A stretch of DNA of 64,000 nucleotides from an uncultured Nitrososphaerota archaeon (GCA_964634735.1 CAZWMA010000009.1:3378-67377), one strand, 5' to 3'; positions 8,502 through 18,475 are shown, counted from the first letter of the stretch. The notes: generated by a model not told the origin, from the letters alone. A program made the numbers and translations.

Positions 8502-9662
8502 GTGAGCCATATGCTGACAAAGGAAGACCTCGCGAAGTACCCGTTCCTTGACCAGTCAGCGGCATTCATTGAGAAGTATAACCTGACGCTCACGGACCTC
8601 TCCGCGCCCGCTTACTCAGGGATAGTGGACCGCGCCTTTGAGAGGGTAAGGGGAAGCATCGAAGGGGAGGAGGCGTCATTGAACCTTGGCGACCCGGAGA
8701 CGGAGATCCTCTCGTATCCGCTCGCCCTAGCTGTCGTGTATGCGAGCAAGGTCAGGTGGCTCGTGAACCGGTTCGCTACTTATGAGGCGAAGAGGTGCGA
8801 GGAGCTCCTCAAGCTGGAGGTCGCTTCCAAGCTCGCAGAGATAGCAAAGGCGAGCTTCGGCTGGAAGGTCGAGCTCCAAGACGTGAAGCTCGAATGGGAG
8901 AGGCGAGGGTTCAAGCTGAGGCTGGACGATTACCTTGAGGTCGCGCCCCAGTTCCATTCGCCGGCGTGGAAGCTTACGAACAAGTACGTCGACAAGGGGT
9001 CAGTCTTCCTTGATTCGAAGGACTTTGCGAGGCTGCTCTCTGAGAACCTGAAGCTCAGGATAACCAAGAGGGCGAATGAGGAGGGGGTGAAGAACTTCGA
9101 GCTCCCCGCCGCGTTCCAGACCCGGATGAGCGGGATAACTGCACTGCTGGATGAGAAGAAGCAGTTCTATGAGGATGAACTTCCTGACGGGCTCGTTGAG
9201 GACGCCAGGCCGCCGTGCATCATTGCGATTGTGAACGACCTCAGCGCAGGGAAGAGCCTGTCCCACATGGCGAGGTTCACGATTACGACATTCATGCTCA
9301 ACGTTGGGGAGAGCGTCGACGGCGTTCTCAAGCTCTTCGGGAACGTTGCCGACTTCGATGAGGGGAAGGCGAGGTACCAGGTGGAGCATATAGCGGGCAT
9401 CACCGGCTCAAGGACGAAGTATGCCCCGCCCAAGTGCGAGGTGCTCAGATCGTTCGGGCTGTGCATCGAGCCGGACGCGCTCTGCGCATCGGTGAGCCAC
9501 CCGCTGAATTATTACAAGAGGAAGGTCAAGGCGAAGGCGCAGATGCAGACGAAGACGCAAACGCAGGTGAGGGCGCCACAAAAGCAGGGGGCATCGCTGA
9601 AGGCAGGAGCAGGAGATAGAACCAGAGGGGGAGGAGACGTTGCACAGGATCGTCCTCGATGA
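8502..9662 (+). CDS. priL: DNA primase large subunit PriL
   Basis: AKYPFL, PPCI, H.ARF, YQVEHIAG..G.R.KY.PP.C, C...HPL.YY (Fe-S domain). Confidence 0.95.
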   Translation: MSHMLTKEDLAKYPFLDQSAAFIEKYNLTLTDLSAPAYSGIVDRAFERVRGSIEGEEASLNLGDPETEILSYPLALAVVYASKVRWLVNRFATYEAKRCEELLKLEVASKLAEIAKASFGWKVELQDVKLEWERRGFKLRLDDYLEVAPQFHSPAWKLTNKYVDKGSVFLDSKDFARLLSENLKLRITKRANEEGVKNFELPAAFQTRMSGITALLDEKKQFYEDELPDGLVEDARPPCIIAIVNDLSAGKSLSHMARFTITTFMLNVGESVDGVLKLFGNVADFDEGKARYQVEHIAGITGSRTKYAPPKCEVLRSFGLCIEPDALCASVSHPLNYYKRKVKAKAQMQTKTQTQVRAPQKQGASLKAGAGDRTRGGGDVAQDRPR

Positions 9663-10869
9663 GTTCAAGGGATACTACTCGCGGCTTCCGGCGGAGGCGC
9701 TGGATGTGAAGGACTTTGCCAAGAGGGAGTATGCCCAGTTGCACTTCGGCGACCAGATGATGATCAGGCACCTGAAGTTTGAGAATGTGGGCGAGCTCAA
9801 GAAGAGCCTCGTCGAAAGGACCCCGGCAAACGTCTACTACTCGTCGGCGTATTACCAGAACCCCCAGGCAGAGGACATGAATGCAAAGGGGTGGGGAGGG
9901 GCAGACTTAATCTTCGATATAGACGCCGACCACATAAAGACCGACTGCAAGGACGACCATGATACGTGGTCTTGCCTTGACTGCGGATCCAAAGGGAGAG
10001 GGTTCCCCCCGGAGGCGTGCCCGAAGTGCGGCAAGAAGAAGATTGAAACGGTCACCTGGGTCTGCGAGAGATGCCTCAATACCGCGAAGAAGGAGATATT
10101 CAAGCTCATTGACGAGTTCATCGTCCCCGACTTTGGCGTGGCTCTTGGCGAGATAGAGATCTGCTTCTCGGGGCACAGGGGCTACCACCTGCATGTGGTC
10201 TCCGAGAACGTCCGCAGCCTCTCCAGCGACGGCAGGAGGGAGATAGCGGACTATGTTAGGGGCATAGGCCTCGATCCGAAGGAGCACGGGTTCAGGCAGG
10301 TCAAAAACAACGGCCCGATGTTTGGCCCGGACATGAGGGATGGCGGATGGAGAGGGAAGATTGCGAGGGCAACATACGAGTTTGTCAGTGGGAAGAGCCA
10401 GGATGAGCTGAAGGCAGTAGTCGGCCACATGGTCGCGGAAACGATAACCAAGGGCAAAGAGAAGTTTCTCCAGAATATCGCGGACACGCCGCCTTACTGG
10501 GGAGGAATAAAAGGGTACAGCTTCGAGAGCCTGCTGAAGATAGCCAATGCGTCCATAAAGGAGCATACGTGCAACATCGACGAGAGGGTCACGCTTGACA
10601 TAAAGAGGCTGATAAGGCAGCCGAACAGCCTGCACGGCAAGTCGGCGCTGAAGACAGCGAGGATATCTTATGCTGACCTGGAGCGTTTTGACCCGCTGAA
10701 GGACGCTGTCGCGTTCATAGGCGGCAGTATAAAGATATATGTGAAGGAGATACCTCGAGTTAGGATAGGGGATTGCGAGGTAGGGCCGGCCAAGGGCATG
10801 GAGATGGAAGTGCCGAAGGCGCTTGGACTCTACCTGCTATGCAAGGGAGCAGCGGATCCCAGGATGTGA
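9640..10869 (+). CDS. priS: DNA primase small (catalytic) subunit PriS
   Basis: REYA, P.NVYYSSAYY, LIFDIDAD, FSGHRGYH, ID..VT.DI.RLIR.P.SLHGKS. Confidence 0.96.
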   Translation: MHRIVLDEFKGYYSRLPAEALDVKDFAKREYAQLHFGDQMMIRHLKFENVGELKKSLVERTPANVYYSSAYYQNPQAEDMNAKGWGGADLIFDIDADHIKTDCKDDHDTWSCLDCGSKGRGFPPEACPKCGKKKIETVTWVCERCLNTAKKEIFKLIDEFIVPDFGVALGEIEICFSGHRGYHLHVVSENVRSLSSDGRREIADYVRGIGLDPKEHGFRQVKNNGPMFGPDMRDGGWRGKIARATYEFVSGKSQDELKAVVGHMVAETITKGKEKFLQNIADTPPYWGGIKGYSFESLLKIANASIKEHTCNIDERVTLDIKRLIRQPNSLHGKSALKTARISYADLERFDPLKDAVAFIGGSIKIYVKEIPRVRIGDCEVGPAKGMEMEVPKALGLYLLCKGAADPRM

Positions 10870-10873
10870 GCCT

Positions 10874-11368
10874 GTGTACAAGAAGATTATCGAGTTCTGG
10901 ACGAGCGAACGGGAGTCGAGTGAGCTACAGGCTCCCCCGTCTGGGTTCACTGAAGGGGTTGACGAGTACCTCAAGGGGCTCGTGAGGTCAGACAGCAGCA
11001 TCCAGTCAAAAATAGCCCAGGCGGAGCTGGTCAGGGCGAAGCGGATGCTCGCGGAGCTCCAGGCAGTCAGGAGGGGAAAGATATGCGCTGCTTCTACCGA
11101 GGGCACCTTGAACGAATCCAACCTGATGGAGAGCGAGGCGGCAGCGACCAACAAAGTGGTCCCAAAGGAGGCGTTTGATGGTGCAGCGTCGCCGGCTGAT
11201 GCTGCGAAAAAGATATTAGTTAGGCTGCTCCGAGATGTTCCATCGTTCGTAGGGGCAGATTTAAAAACCTATGGCCCCTATAAAACCGAAGATGTTGTGC
11301 TGTTGCCAGCACAAAACACGGATGCCCTCATCAAAAGGGGCATAGCGACAGAGATACAAAGAAGGTAG
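10874..11368 (+). CDS. GINS subunit Gins51 (Psf1/Sld5-like)
   Basis: Helical A domain plus C-terminal B domain (VPSFVGADLKTYGPYK.EDV..LP..N...LI.RG); follows priS; GTG start chosen. Confidence 0.85.
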   Translation: MYKKIIEFWTSERESSELQAPPSGFTEGVDEYLKGLVRSDSSIQSKIAQAELVRAKRMLAELQAVRRGKICAASTEGTLNESNLMESEAAATNKVVPKEAFDGAASPADAAKKILVRLLRDVPSFVGADLKTYGPYKTEDVVLLPAQNTDALIKRGIATEIQRR

Positions 11369-11373
11369 CTTAG

Positions 11374-11649
11374 ATGAAAACGCCTAAAGAAATGAACACG
11401 TATTGCCCGAAGTGCAAGAATTACACGGCTCATAGTGTCACTCTGTACAAGAAGGGGAAGGAGAGAGCCCTAGCCCAAGGGACGAGGAGATACGAGAGGA
11501 AGAAGAAAGGCTACGGAAGCTCAAGGAAGCCTGTGCAGAAGAGGACTGCAAAGACGACCAAGAAGATGAGTCTCAGGCTCAAGTGCAAGAAGTGCGGTTA
11601 CATGAACCAGAGGAAGGGCATGAGGCTGAAGAAGCTGGAGATAGTCTGA
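11374..11649 (+). CDS. rpl44e: 50S ribosomal protein L44e
   Basis: TYCPKC..YT.H, GYGS..KP, K.TKK..L..KC..C. Confidence 0.97.
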   Translation: MKTPKEMNTYCPKCKNYTAHSVTLYKKGKERALAQGTRRYERKKKGYGSSRKPVQKRTAKTTKKMSLRLKCKKCGYMNQRKGMRLKKLEIV

Positions 11650-11660
11650 GGTGACATGAT

Positions 11661-11858
11661 GTGAAGAGGAAAGAGATGCTAACACCAGTGCCAAAGAGCA
11701 AGTTCTTCAGGGTCCAGTGCCCGGAGTGCGGAAACGAGCAGACCATATTCTGTAGTGTCGCGTCGGTTGTAAAATGCACCATATGCGGAAAGGAACTCGC
11801 GGTTCCGACCGGCGGCAAGAGCAAGATACTCTCCGATAAGGTAAAAGAGATCGTCTGA
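11661..11858 (+). CDS. rps27e: 30S ribosomal protein S27e
   Basis: PKSKFFRVQCPECGNEQ.IF...C..CG..LA.PTGGK. Confidence 0.97.
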   Translation: MKRKEMLTPVPKSKFFRVQCPECGNEQTIFCSVASVVKCTICGKELAVPTGGKSKILSDKVKEIV

Positions 11859-12018
11859 GCGCTTTTTTCCACGCTCGTCCGTTTTTATGCCCGGGGCCAG
11901 CTTCAGGACCTCGACAGTTTTATTACCCTTAACTTGTTTAGCCATTACTACTTAACGAAAAGCCGTCATCGGGACGGGTATCGTTTATTCGATTGGCTTG
12001 CGAATGGATGGGATGAGA

Positions 12019-12804
12019 ATGGTCCTCAGAAAGAAGAATTACCCAGAGATAGGCGAGTACGTAATAGCGACAGCCACGAGGCTGGAGGGGCACGGCGTCT
12101 ACGTGAACCTTGACGAGTTCGACAAGGGCGGCTACATCCCGATTGGGGAGGTGGCATCGACTTGGGTAAAGAACATAAAGGACTTCGTGAAGGAGGGGCA
12201 GAAGGTTGTGCTGAAGGTCATCAGGATTGATGACCGGAAAGGGCACATAGACCTCTCCCTTAGGAAGGTTACCGAGAGGGAGAAGAAGGAGAAGCTCATC
12301 CAGTACAAGAAGGGCAAGAAGGCAGAGAAGCTGCTTGAGAATGCAGCAAAGACGCTTAACGTGACTTTTCCGGATGCTGTGAAGAGCGTCGGCATTCCGC
12401 TCGAGGACTACTTCGGGGATCTCTACGCGGCGCTTGAGGAGGCAGCTGTGAAGGGGCCAAAAGCGTTTGTCGAGGCGGGCATCTCGGAGGAATGGGCGGA
12501 TGCTCTCTTCGAGTCCTCAAAGGGGCACATAGAGGCGCCGACAGTCCATGTGACAAGCATCATACAGATCAAGTCCCAGAAGCCGAAGGGCGTTGAGGAC
12601 ATAAAGGCTGCAATAATAGCGGGCGTCAAGGCGTCCGCTGGCAAGGATGTTGAGATGGAAGTGACCTATGTCGGTGCGCCGAAGTACCGGATGGATGTCA
12701 CTGCGAAAGATTACAAGACCGCTGAGGATGCGATGAAGAAAGCGGCGGATGTCATCGTCTCAAAGATCACCGCTGCCGGTGGTTCCAGCGAGTTCGTGAG
12801 GTAG
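12019..12804 (+). CDS. eif2a: Translation initiation factor 2 alpha subunit
   Basis: S1 domain (PE.GE.VI, KV..IDDRKGHIDLSLR) and YVGAPKYR; start uncertain (12004/12013/12019). Confidence 0.96.
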   Translation: MVLRKKNYPEIGEYVIATATRLEGHGVYVNLDEFDKGGYIPIGEVASTWVKNIKDFVKEGQKVVLKVIRIDDRKGHIDLSLRKVTEREKKEKLIQYKKGKKAEKLLENAAKTLNVTFPDAVKSVGIPLEDYFGDLYAALEEAAVKGPKAFVEAGISEEWADALFESSKGHIEAPTVHVTSIIQIKSQKPKGVEDIKAAIIAGVKASAGKDVEMEVTYVGAPKYRMDVTAKDYKTAEDAMKKAADVIVSKITAAGGSSEFVR

Positions 12805-12813
12805 GCGGTTCTC

Positions 12814-13005
12814 TTGAAGGGCATGATCCGCAGGTGTTCGTCGTGCGGGGAGTATACGTTGAAGCTAGACCGCTGCCCGAAGTGCGGCGCGGCAGTCAGG
12901 AACCCGCACCCGGCAAAGTTCTCGCCGGATGACAAGTACAGCAGGTTCAGGCTCGCGCTTAAGCTGCAGAACGACGCGGAAGAGAAGGAAGGCAAGCGAG
13001 CTTAA
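12814..13005 (+). CDS. nop10: H/ACA RNP protein Nop10
   Basis: C..CG.YTL...CPKCG....PHPAKFSPDDKY. Confidence 0.95.
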   Translation: MKGMIRRCSSCGEYTLKLDRCPKCGAAVRNPHPAKFSPDDKYSRFRLALKLQNDAEEKEGKRA

Positions 13006-13131
13006 CGGCGGCAGGAGAGCCGGCTCAATTAAGGGCAGGCTGTTTTGGATTTTTATGAGCGTGTCCGGATTTCATTAAGCTGAAGCGATAATGAGGCCCG
13101 AGAAGAAAGAGCAATTGTAAAAAAAAAGAGA

Positions 13132-15135
13132 TCAGAGTATCTTGTAGATCGATACCCACCCGTTCGAGGAGTAGAAGACCGGCGAATACATCGTTGGCGG
13201 GTTGATGGTAATGTTCAGCAGCTGCTTGTAGCCGGTGATGTATGGATAGAAGATGAGCTGGTAGAGGGTCGTGTTTGCTGCTTTTTGGCCTATTGGGAGC
13301 ATCCAGCTGTAGCCACCGATATTCGCATACCCTACGTAATCTGCGGAATTGTAATTGATCCAGACCGCCATTGCCTGGGACTTCTCAAAGTCCCCTGTCA
13401 GGGATGTGATCGGCAGCGCCAATGCGGGGTTGGTGTACACCAATTGGAATGGCTCATAGACCACAACGTAAGTGACGTTCATCGACTTGAAGATGGCGAC
13501 GGAGGTCGTCTCGTTATTGAGGAATGCCTGGGCAACCAGTTGGATCTGCGTGCTGTTCCACGTGGAGTTGTCGTCCAAGACCGACATATTGCCCATCACG
13601 TTGATCCAGTAGCCGTAGTCCCACCAAGCACCTACTATCGTGCCCTCTGGCAGATTGTCCCTCATCCACGCCAGCGCTTCAATCCAGTCAGGTATCTCGA
13701 ATGATGCACCTGTGGAGGCTGAGACAATCATCGCAGGGCGGTTGGCGCTGCCGAGGTTATTGTACGCAACAGGAACCATCGCCGCCATTATGATGGCGAT
13801 TACCAGAATCCCGTAGTACTTGCTGAGCAGCGCACCTTTGTTCTTCTTGTCGGCTCTCTGATGGAGGACAGCCCCTACGCTAGCCATCAGCGTCGAGATT
13901 GCCAATCCAGCGACGATTGCAACCGCAGGAGCGGCCAGTATCAATAGCCTAACGAACGAACCGCTTCCATAGAGCGCGGTCAGGACGAATAGGACCATGA
14001 ATAGGTCTTCCTTGCGGCTCCTTCTTAGCGCAAAGATTATGCCGGCGGGAATCAGGAGAACCAGGACGTGATAAGTGGAGAAGAACTGGCTCCAGATGGC
14101 GGGGAACTGCTCGCCGACCGTGCTGACAGACCCCAGGCCCCCCCTTGAGAAGGGGTTGATTATCGCGAGGAATTTCCCAGTAATATCACCGAAGACGCCC
14201 ATGAGAGTCATTACTCCGAAGACGCCAAGTGTGCCCACAACTATGCCAATCGTGTATTTCTGCCTCTTGACAGCGTCAGGTATGAGCTCTGTGAAGGATC
14301 TGATCAAGCATATCACGATGGCGACTAGTGGACCCACAGTGTAAGCTGAGATTGCTGTCCCGACGCCATAGCTCGGGGTTATTATTATCGTGAAGAGCGT
14401 GATTGACGCGATGATCGAGAACGACGTTGTCAGCTGGCGGCTCCACTTTCCGGTGAGGACCATTATGACGACGAACAGCGCTATGAAGTTGAGCGGGTAG
14501 AGGAAGGCTCTCCAGCACAACGCCATATATGCCATCCCGAGCCCGGCGATAATGGCGTATGGAACGGTTCGGGTCTTGAGGGATTTGATGAAGAATAGGA
14601 GCGCAACGAACATCCCGATCAGGCCAGTGGACTCCGTGTCGAAGAAGCCAAGAGCGGTCCTCTGGATGGAAGTCGGGTCAATCGCAAATATGAATGCAGT
14701 AAGAAGGCCAACACCTCTGTTAACGAGCTGCTTGCCCAGGAAGAAGGCGAGGACGGCGATGATGGCCCCTGCGAAGACCGGGAAGAATGCGCAGACGTCC
14801 AGGAGCGGGAAGTTGAAGCCGAGGGAGGTCAGGAAGAGGTAAATGGCTGCCCCGGTAAACGGAGTCCCAAGAAGCCCCTGCTCGAACTGGTTTGCCCCCC
14901 AAGGCGCCCACCGCGTAGTGTCGACCCAGCTGTACCATGATGAGAAGCCGTTGTCGACGAGGTATTGGGCACCCTTGAACTGGATGTACGGGTCAAACTC
15001 GTCGAGGTAGACGCCCCACTGCAGCGGAAGGAGCCTGATGGCAAGGGTGAGGGCAACTATGGCGGCAAGAGCAGCGTATACCAGGACATCGGTCCGGCTG
15101 ACATTCAGCTTACGCGATGAGGCGCTTGATTCCAT
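13132..15135 (-). CDS. aglB: Oligosaccharyltransferase catalytic subunit AglB/STT3
   Basis: EFDPY, GFFDTE, WWDYG, DNSTWNST and DFEKSQAM motifs; many TM helices; GAGGT 7 nt before ATG 15135. Confidence 0.95.
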   Translation of the reverse strand: MESSASSRKLNVSRTDVLVYAALAAIVALTLAIRLLPLQWGVYLDEFDPYIQFKGAQYLVDNGFSSWYSWVDTTRWAPWGANQFEQGLLGTPFTGAAIYLFLTSLGFNFPLLDVCAFFPVFAGAIIAVLAFFLGKQLVNRGVGLLTAFIFAIDPTSIQRTALGFFDTESTGLIGMFVALLFFIKSLKTRTVPYAIIAGLGMAYMALCWRAFLYPLNFIALFVVIMVLTGKWSRQLTTSFSIIASITLFTIIITPSYGVGTAISAYTVGPLVAIVICLIRSFTELIPDAVKRQKYTIGIVVGTLGVFGVMTLMGVFGDITGKFLAIINPFSRGGLGSVSTVGEQFPAIWSQFFSTYHVLVLLIPAGIIFALRRSRKEDLFMVLFVLTALYGSGSFVRLLILAAPAVAIVAGLAISTLMASVGAVLHQRADKKNKGALLSKYYGILVIAIIMAAMVPVAYNNLGSANRPAMIVSASTGASFEIPDWIEALAWMRDNLPEGTIVGAWWDYGYWINVMGNMSVLDDNSTWNSTQIQLVAQAFLNNETTSVAIFKSMNVTYVVVYEPFQLVYTNPALALPITSLTGDFEKSQAMAVWINYNSADYVGYANIGGYSWMLPIGQKAANTTLYQLIFYPYITGYKQLLNITINPPTMYSPVFYSSNGWVSIYKIL

Positions 15136-15244
15136 TATCCCAACCTCAGAAACAAACAAATTAGTCCCACGTAGAATTTAACTCTAACGGCATTTTATTC
15201 ATCAAACAGCATTATGTATAAAGGATCGAGGAGGCGTTCAACAA

Positions 15245-16375
15245 GTGGGGAGAGGTTCGGCATTGGGCGGGGACAGGACGCTGGGGCTGATCATCAACCC
15301 AGTGGCAGGGATGGGGGGAGCCGTCGGGATGAAGGGGACAGACGGTTCGGAGGCGCTTGGCGAAGCGCTGAGGCGGGGGGCGAAACCCGTTGCCTGCAGC
15401 AGGGCTAGGGCATTCGTCTCAGAGTTCTCGGCGCTGAAGGCTGCAGTCAATTTCATGGCCTGCAGTGGAAGCATGGGCGAATGTGCTTTTCTAGACGCGG
15501 GATACCGGATCAAGGTTATCGGAGTTGGCGTGAGCCCGACCACAGCTATCGATACGAAGGCTGCCGCAGTTGCCATGGAACGCATGGGCGTCTCGATTAT
15601 TGCGTTCTGCGGAGGTGACGGGACGGCTAGGGACATAATGGACGCTGTCGGCGAAAGAGTCCCTGTCATAGGCATACCTGCGGGGGTCAAGATGCACAGC
15701 GGGGTCTTTGCAGTTACGCCAAAGGCGGCGGCTGAGATAGCAATCAAGTTCCTATGGGACGAGCTGCCACTCATGAGGGGGGAGGTCGCAGACGTCGACG
15801 AGGAGGCATTCAGGGCGGGGCGGGTGTCAGCCAGGCTCTACGGTCACCTTTCGGTCCCGCATGAGCCAGAAGGGATGCAGGGCATGAAGGCAGCGTCCCC
15901 GTTCACTGCGGACTCGGAGGCGGACAGGATGGCGATAGCCAAATGGGTCGTCGAGAAGATGGAGGCGGGAACCGCTTACATCCTTGGGCCGGGCAGCACG
16001 GTAAAAGGGATCAGCGAAGCGATGGGGATTGACGGGACGCTGCTGGGCGTGGATGTCGTGCTTGATGGGAGGCTAATCAAGAAAGATGCAGGGGAGTCGG
16101 AGATCATGGAACTCATTGCCGGAAAACCTGCTAAAATAATCGTCTCGCCCATCGGTAGGCAGGGATTCATCTTCGGTAGGGGGAACCAGCAGATCAGCGG
16201 CAAGGTGCTCGCGGCTTTAGGGAAGGAGTCGGTCCTCATCGTCTCCACAAGGGACAAGCTCTCAGGGATAGAGGCGATAAAGGCTGATACAGGGGATCCT
16301 GCAATGGACAGCTGGTTCAAGGGCGGCGTGAAGGTCCTTGTCGACTATAATACGTTCAGGATGAAGAAAGCGTAA
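15245..16375 (+). CDS. ATP-NAD kinase / AcoX-like family protein
   Basis: NPVAGMGG.VG.KGTDG, GGDGTARD, GVKMHSGVFA, GF.FGRGNQQ. Confidence 0.88.
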   Translation: MGRGSALGGDRTLGLIINPVAGMGGAVGMKGTDGSEALGEALRRGAKPVACSRARAFVSEFSALKAAVNFMACSGSMGECAFLDAGYRIKVIGVGVSPTTAIDTKAAAVAMERMGVSIIAFCGGDGTARDIMDAVGERVPVIGIPAGVKMHSGVFAVTPKAAAEIAIKFLWDELPLMRGEVADVDEEAFRAGRVSARLYGHLSVPHEPEGMQGMKAASPFTADSEADRMAIAKWVVEKMEAGTAYILGPGSTVKGISEAMGIDGTLLGVDVVLDGRLIKKDAGESEIMELIAGKPAKIIVSPIGRQGFIFGRGNQQISGKVLAALGKESVLIVSTRDKLSGIEAIKADTGDPAMDSWFKGGVKVLVDYNTFRMKKA

Positions 16376-16439
16376 TATGGGCTGCAGAGTGAGGTGCCAT
16401 TATTCGAGGTGGTACCGGCACGCGGCAGGTCTCTGGCGT

Positions 16440-16847
16440 CTAGAGCATCTTCTTTACAGAGTCGGCGTATTCTTCGGGGGAGAACAGCCTTCCGGGTTCG
16501 CCCTTCACTTCTACTTTGATGAGCCACCCCTCGCCATAAGGGTCTTTGTTGACCAGCTCCGGTTTGCTCTCAAGAACGCCGTTCACCGCGATCACAACGC
16601 CATCGACTGGGGCATATGCCTCGGCGACTGCCTTAATCGATTCGAGGGTGCACATGGTCGTCCCTTTCTTCAGGATTTGTCCAACTTTTGGAAGCTCCAC
16701 GAAGACGACGTCGTGAAGGCTCTTCTGAGCGTAGTCGGATATTCCAACCTTTGCCGGAGATGAGGATAGGTCAATCCACTCGTGCGTGGCGGCGTATTTC
16801 AGACCAGCCTTTATCGAGTTGCCGCCTGCATCAATCGCATTGGACAT
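16440..16847 (-). CDS. gcvH: Glycine cleavage system H protein
   Basis: HEW, VGISDYAQ..L.D.VFVELP, lipoyl motif ESIKA, VNKDPYGEGW. Confidence 0.95.
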   Translation of the reverse strand: MSNAIDAGGNSIKAGLKYAATHEWIDLSSSPAKVGISDYAQKSLHDVVFVELPKVGQILKKGTTMCTLESIKAVAEAYAPVDGVVIAVNGVLESKPELVNKDPYGEGWLIKVEVKGEPGRLFSPEEYADSVKKML

Positions 16848-16876
16848 TCGGCTTAAGCCTCAAGGGTGATTGAGGG

Positions 16877-17662
16877 TCAGTGGGATTTAACTTTAACCAT
16901 TATGCCATGCAGGTCGCTAAACGAGGCGTTTGCAATAAGGGGGATTTTCTTGCCAGAGGAGGTGAAGTTGTAGATTTGGATTTGCTTCGAGAGTGAGGAC
17001 AGTAGATCTCCGGCTATCTCGAGCTTTTTCAACTTCCGCACAAGCGGTTCCCCCGACAGGTCTGGCTTCGAGTACCTGCCGATGATTGGTCCCAAGTCCA
17101 TGCCGAAGAGGAAGATGGCGGATGCGCCTAGCTCAAATGCCCAATGTGCAGCGCGGTCGCCGTCAGTAAAGCCGCCCAGGTTAAGCACATATGGTGGGAT
17201 CGGGTGGACCTGCGTTGAACCGAACACCTTTCCGGTGAACGACTTTGTGAGCCTGCGGAGGGCGGGTAGGTTGTCGCCATGAGCATGAATTACGGCCAGG
17301 CTGCCTAGTGAATTCGCCTTGAGCAAGTCTGTGCTCGGGCCATCTAGATCCGTGAAGAGCATGTGTGGAACCTTCTCCGATTCGAGGAAGGCAGTCACCG
17401 CACCATCTGCGGCAAAATTGGCGGTGGATTCGAGGAGACCGAAGTCGATTGCCCTAGCGAGGTCCTGTTCGAGGGATGGCCCGGCTCCCCAGACGCTGAC
17501 GACCTGCCCGGTGACGGACCGCACCAGGTCCTCTACCCGGGCGGTCGGCGTGCCTTCGAGGATCGATGCGAGTTCGATTGCCGCGGATGCGTCCCTCTCT
17601 TCGTCAAGAGACAGCGCTGCAGCTATGCGCCTGTATGTCCTTATCCATGATGATAAACGCAA
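16877..17662 (-). CDS. mptE: 6-hydroxymethyl-7,8-dihydropterin pyrophosphokinase MptE-like
   Basis: GAGPSL, ADGA, TDLDG, HAHGDN, N.GGFTDGDRA, K.KKL..A. Confidence 0.88.
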   Translation of the reverse strand: MRLSSWIRTYRRIAAALSLDEERDASAAIELASILEGTPTARVEDLVRSVTGQVVSVWGAGPSLEQDLARAIDFGLLESTANFAADGAVTAFLESEKVPHMLFTDLDGPSTDLLKANSLGSLAVIHAHGDNLPALRRLTKSFTGKVFGSTQVHPIPPYVLNLGGFTDGDRAAHWAFELGASAIFLFGMDLGPIIGRYSKPDLSGEPLVRKLKKLEIAGDLLSSLSKQIQIYNFTSSGKKIPLIANASFSDLHGIMVKVKSH

Positions 17663-17679
17663 AAAACATCATCGACCGC

Positions 17680-17901
17680 TCAGCGGCCTTTCTGGAAGAT
17701 CTTAAGGAGCCCTTTCTTTTCGGGGTCCCCTATGGTTATGGTTAGCTTGGACGGGTCAAATGTCAGCGGTGTCGAGCACTTTGGGCATTTGCCCTCTGAC
17801 TTCTCGATAACCTCTTTGGGCGAGACGAGCTCAGGATCCTCATAAATGACCGCTTTACATTGATGGCATACCAGTCTGACGGGCAATAATATCACCGACA
17901 T
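17680..17901 (-). CDS. Small zinc-ribbon protein
   Basis: CHQC...GKCPKC with P.EVI spacer, typical of conserved TACK small proteins. Confidence 0.75.
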   Translation of the reverse strand: MSVILLPVRLVCHQCKAVIYEDPELVSPKEVIEKSEGKCPKCSTPLTFDPSKLTITIGDPEKKGLLKIFQKGR

Positions 17902-18415
17902 CCTTGTAAGGGTTCAGCTCTCCGATGAGGTCGAAACCTTTCTTAGCTAAAGATTCGAACCATATCTCGGAAGCGAGTATTAGATAAGGTTCGGTTGCTT
18001 TTAAATAATTCTCGCCAATCTCCCTTTGGGACTGGTCCATTATGGCTTCGATATATGCTGACGCCTGGCGGACGTCGGAGAGGTAGCAAATCACAGTTCG
18101 CCTTGACCGGAGAAGAGCATGCGACTCTTCGATGTTGAACCCGAGGCTGATTCGCCCCTTCCAGTTGCCTGCCAAGAAGAGTACCGCGCCTCCGACCACG
18201 AATATCTCCGCCAAAGGGGATGACGCCTGAAATGATAGCGTGTGGTCCAGCGCAAAGACCACTCCAGCAATGCCTGTGACGAAGATGCCCACCATTCCAA
18301 CCGCAGCTCGCCTAATCTTTGCGTCAGTCCAGAGCCGGTCAGCGAAGGCGGCGTCGTAGAATATCGAGAGCGAAAGAAGGATGAACTTGGATTTTATTGC
18401 CTTCAGTGGTTGCAT
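17855..18415 (-). CDS. Hypothetical membrane protein
   Basis: 186-aa ORF filling the gap, two hydrophobic segments; no family recognised. Confidence 0.55.
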   Translation of the reverse strand: MQPLKAIKSKFILLSLSIFYDAAFADRLWTDAKIRRAAVGMVGIFVTGIAGVVFALDHTLSFQASSPLAEIFVVGGAVLFLAGNWKGRISLGFNIEESHALLRSRRTVICYLSDVRQASAYIEAIMDQSQREIGENYLKATEPYLILASEIWFESLAKKGFDLIGELNPYKDVGDIIARQTGMPSM

Positions 18416-18475
18416 AAGCCAGGACAGGATTAATAGTCATAGCAGGCGTAATAAAGTTTGATACGAGTGGGTCTG

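Noticed and set aside
13006-13131. Possible C/D box sRNA in the nop10-aglB gap (also checked 57821-58013)
   Set aside because: No properly spaced RTGATGA and CTGA pair; the gaps read as terminator or promoter sequence.
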